From: a virus
Lineage: Duplodnaviria > Caudoviricetes
Direction: 5' to 3' (one strand)
Virus record (IMG/VR): IMGVR_UViG_3300027782_000254
Span: 1 to 30,763 of that record
DNA: 30,763 nucleotides
Shown: one piece after another, positions 28,179-30,763 of the stretch
How positions within the stretch are numbered: position 1 is the first letter of the stretch
Layout of the letters: every line of letters starts with the position of its first letter
Translations under genes and position numbers: made by a program
The notes under the pieces: model-generated
The model's database searches: none
What the model was told of the DNA's origin: nothing
The model's input: the letters and a program-made list of their open reading frames with translations, nothing else

Positions 28179-29035
28179 CCAAAGGTATTTTAATCTATGC
28201 TCATAATAATAGGTCAGTGGATTACGCTCTGATGAGTATTGTGGCTGGTGGTCTAGCTAAAAAACAACTACAAGTACCTGCTTCCTTAGTCACTGATCAA
28301 TCCACGATTGATTGGATGCACGAATCAAAGATATACGATAAAGCACAAGAAGTATTTGAAAACATTATTATCGTACCAAGGCCTCCAGCAAATAATTATC
28401 GTAGACTGCATGATGGTGTGGATCACAGCACAGTAACCTTTATGAATGGCAACAGATATTCTGCCTGGAAACAAACTCCCTACGATAGAACTCTGATGAT
28501 AGATGCAGATTTTTTTATATTTTCAAAGACTCTTGGAGAATATTGGGATGTCGACAACGATATATTAATAGGTGAAAGCATCAATGACATTTATGATAAT
28601 AACAGGCTGGGCTACTGTGACAGGTACATATCAGAAGTAGGAACTAAATTGTATTGGGCTACGACTGTGATGTTTACAAAGAATTCGTATACTAAATTAT
28701 TTTTTGATCTTGTTCAGATCATACTAGACAACTACCAATACTTCGCTGATACATATAGATTTGACTCAAAACAATATAGAAATGACGTTGCATTCAGTAT
28801 AGCCAAACATATTTTAGATGGTTTTGAAAACATAGATACACTAAGTTTACCGCCAGTCCTAACCCTGTTAGACAAAGATATACTACATGATGTAGATCAA
28901 GATAAACTCACAGTGTTGGTATCTCATAAATTAGATGCAAACTTTTGTGCAGCCACTCTCAAGAACACAGACATACACATCATGAATAAACAGAGTATAG
29001 TAAGAAATATCTCAAAATTAATGGAACTTGTATGA
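28175..29035 (+). CDS. GT-A fold glycosyltransferase (GT8-like nucleotide-diphospho-sugar transferase)
   Basis: N-terminal beta strand KGILIYA, then SLVTD, TPYDRTLMIDADFFIF (DxD at 28502-28510), RNDVAFSIA and a late IHIMNK motif. Confidence 0.75.
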   Translation: MTKGILIYAHNNRSVDYALMSIVAGGLAKKQLQVPASLVTDQSTIDWMHESKIYDKAQEVFENIIIVPRPPANNYRRLHDGVDHSTVTFMNGNRYSAWKQTPYDRTLMIDADFFIFSKTLGEYWDVDNDILIGESINDIYDNNRLGYCDRYISEVGTKLYWATTVMFTKNSYTKLFFDLVQIILDNYQYFADTYRFDSKQYRNDVAFSIAKHILDGFENIDTLSLPPVLTLLDKDILHDVDQDKLTVLVSHKLDANFCAATLKNTDIHIMNKQSIVRNISKLMELV

Positions 29036-29871
29036 AATTTGGTTATCTAATTATAGTAGCTGAACACGATACCATCGACTATGTGCAATTAGCTTATGGA
29101 CTGGCATTGAGTATAAAAAATACACAGCGCCCGGGGTTTGATCAAGTTGCATTAGTCATAGACAACAAACAAAAATTACAGAATATCAAAAGCGATTGGG
29201 TGTTTGATCATGTCATAGAATGGGATCAAGAAACATTTTGGGACGGTCGATCGTGGATGGATCAACTTAGTCCTTTCGATAACACAGTATGTTTGGACGC
29301 AGACATGCTGTTCTTGAGAGACTACAGCCATTGGGCTGAATATTTTATCGAAAACAGTGAATTATATATCGCAAACAAGAGCTTTACCTATAGAGGCGAA
29401 ACAGTTACTGATCAATACTATCGCAAAGCATTTGTAAAAAATCAACTACCTAATCTTTACAGCTTCTATACGTTCTTTAAAAAGGACAGCGAGTTAGCTA
29501 AAGAATTTTTTAATCTTGGTAGAGACATAATTAAAAACCCTGTGGAGTTTGCTAATATGTTTTTATCAGAACACAAGCCTAAGATACTAGGAACAGATGA
29601 AGCATTTGCTCTAGCTGCAAAAATTTTGGATATCACTGATGTTATATCCTATGATTTAGATTTTCCTCGAGTGGTGCATATGAAACCTATGATTCAGAAT
29701 TGGCCATGGCCTGCAGATGCATGGAGTGATCATGTGGGATTTTATTTGAATAACAAAGGGCATCTAAAGATAGGAAATTATCAACAGCAGGACATTGTTC
29801 ATTATGTTGAAAAAGATAAAATGAATCGTGAAATGATTTCGATCCTCGAGGAAATAGCATGGAAAAATTAA
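29032..29871 (+). CDS. GT-A fold glycosyltransferase (GT8-like), paralog of upstream gene
   Basis: FGYLIIVA...YVQLAYGLALSIK, SPFDNTVCLDADMLFL (DxD at 29296-29304), GTDEAFALA, VVHMKP and IVHYVEK. ATGA overlap with the upstream gene. Confidence 0.78.
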   Translation: MKFGYLIIVAEHDTIDYVQLAYGLALSIKNTQRPGFDQVALVIDNKQKLQNIKSDWVFDHVIEWDQETFWDGRSWMDQLSPFDNTVCLDADMLFLRDYSHWAEYFIENSELYIANKSFTYRGETVTDQYYRKAFVKNQLPNLYSFYTFFKKDSELAKEFFNLGRDIIKNPVEFANMFLSEHKPKILGTDEAFALAAKILDITDVISYDLDFPRVVHMKPMIQNWPWPADAWSDHVGFYLNNKGHLKIGNYQQQDIVHYVEKDKMNREMISILEEIAWKN

Positions 29872-30476
29872 TTGATTTTGATCAATGGTATTTGAATTAT
29901 AAATTACCGCCGGTACAGTTTGTAGCTGTATTTGATCCAAATACAGGACTAGTTTTAAGTGTGGGACCTAATCATGCATTTGTAAATGAAAAAAATAAGA
30001 TTCCTATAGACAGTGAATTGGCTCTATCTATAATAAATGCAGAAGTAAAAATTAGTAATTGTGTAGTAGATATTAATTCTAACACTGTAGAAATAGCTGA
30101 AATAAAAAGTGTTTTTAAAATTGACGATGTATTACATAGAATCATCAGCAAACAGGATTCTGAATTAAAACTGCATGATGTTTATCTCAAACATGATTCA
30201 AAAACTAATTGTCTAAAGATAGAGCTATCTGTGGAATACGGTGGTACTAAAAAATCACGTGCCGGTCTCAAAAAACGCAACATAGTTTGGGACGGTGATA
30301 CTGAGATGTTGTTTTTTATCACAGACTACAATGATCCAAATGTACTTTTAGAGACTGTATCTGTAAAAATCAATGAATTATTAGGTACCGCAAAAATAAT
30401 ACCTAACATTAATTTTACTAAATTTAGTGTATACACTAGACGCATCTTTAAGAAATATGTGATTGAATACAAATGA
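29859..30476 (+). CDS. Hypothetical protein (205 aa) within glycosyltransferase operon
   Basis: Overlaps the upstream gene by 13 nt, has a GAGG RBS and an ATGA overlap with the next gene. No recognisable catalytic motif. Confidence 0.65.
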   Translation: MEKLIDFDQWYLNYKLPPVQFVAVFDPNTGLVLSVGPNHAFVNEKNKIPIDSELALSIINAEVKISNCVVDINSNTVEIAEIKSVFKIDDVLHRIISKQDSELKLHDVYLKHDSKTNCLKIELSVEYGGTKKSRAGLKKRNIVWDGDTEMLFFITDYNDPNVLLETVSVKINELLGTAKIIPNINFTKFSVYTRRIFKKYVIEYK

Positions 30477-30763
30477 AAATAGTAGAATTTGATATAGTGT
30501 TTTTGAGTTATGATGAGCCTAATGCAGAATTGCATTATGCTGATCTAGTTTCTAAAGCTCCTTGGGCCAAACGTGTTCATGGAGTAAAAGGCAGCGACCA
30601 TGCACATAAAGCCGCAGCAGAGTTAGTAGAAACGGAATGGTTCATAACTGTAGATGCTGATAACATAGTAGATGCTAAGTTCTTTGATCTTGATTTAGAT
30701 ATGAAAGACCCTAATATTCAAGTCTACGGATGGTGCGGTCGAAATAAAATCAATGGTCTCAGA
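30473..30763 (+). CDS. GT-A/GT2-like glycosyltransferase, 3'-truncated (not in ORF track)
   Basis: My translation from ATG 30473: MKIVEFDIVFLSYDEPNAELHYADLVSKAPWAKRVHGVKGSDHAHKAAAELVETEWFITVDADNIVDAKFFDLDLDMKDPNIQVYGWCGRNKINGLR, open to the window end. It has the GT2-like pattern 'IVFLSYDE...G...A...A.....TEWFITVDAD' with DxD at 30653-30661. Confidence 0.72.
   Translation, partial: MKIVEFDIVFLSYDEPNAELHYADLVSKAPWAKRVHGVKGSDHAHKAAAELVETEWFITVDADNIVDAKFFDLDLDMKDPNIQVYGWCGRNKINGLR

Noticed and set aside
1-30476. None of the 14 observed stop codons is TAG (all are TAA or TGA), raising the possibility of amber recoding
   Set aside because: Genes are full-length under the standard code with no in-frame TAG interruptions, and TAG is normally the rarest stop in AT-rich phages, so there is no positive evidence.
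1-30535. Numerous minus-strand and alternate-frame ORFs of 60-147 aa in the ORF track
   Set aside because: All overlap long, motif-bearing + strand genes, lack recognisable motifs, and are the expected antisense shadows of codon-biased genes.
1-30763. tRNA, rRNA, CRISPR array or intrinsic terminators
   Set aside because: Intergenic gaps are at most 59 nt and show no repeat-spacer structure, cloverleaf, or GC hairpin with U-tract.

Overview
The window is an AT-rich, densely packed segment in which every gene lies on the + strand. It most likely comes from a large T4-like (myovirus/jumbo) bacteriophage and covers the late structural region. In order it holds: a 5'-truncated gp6-like baseplate wedge gene; a single 4608-aa baseplate/adhesin megaprotein (gp7-like KGT motif, a 7-bladed FG-GAP-type propeller, about six CBM5/12-like modules, many Ig-like repeats); a small putative structural gene; four paralogous tail-fibre genes with a shared N-terminal anchor but different tips (tail collar, unknown, chaperone-dependent, Peptidase_G2-type intramolecular chaperone); a fibre-assembly chaperone; and two paralogous Ser/Thr/Gly-rich virion proteins. 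It ends in a translationally coupled operon with three DxD GT-A glycosyltransferase-like genes, the last one truncated and missing from the ORF track. Four gene junctions carry T4-late-promoter-like TAAATA boxes, one directly ahead of the glycosyltransferase operon. The most interesting hypothesis is a phage-encoded, late-expressed system for glycosylating virion or fibre proteins. All family assignments come from motif recognition by eye, not from database searches.
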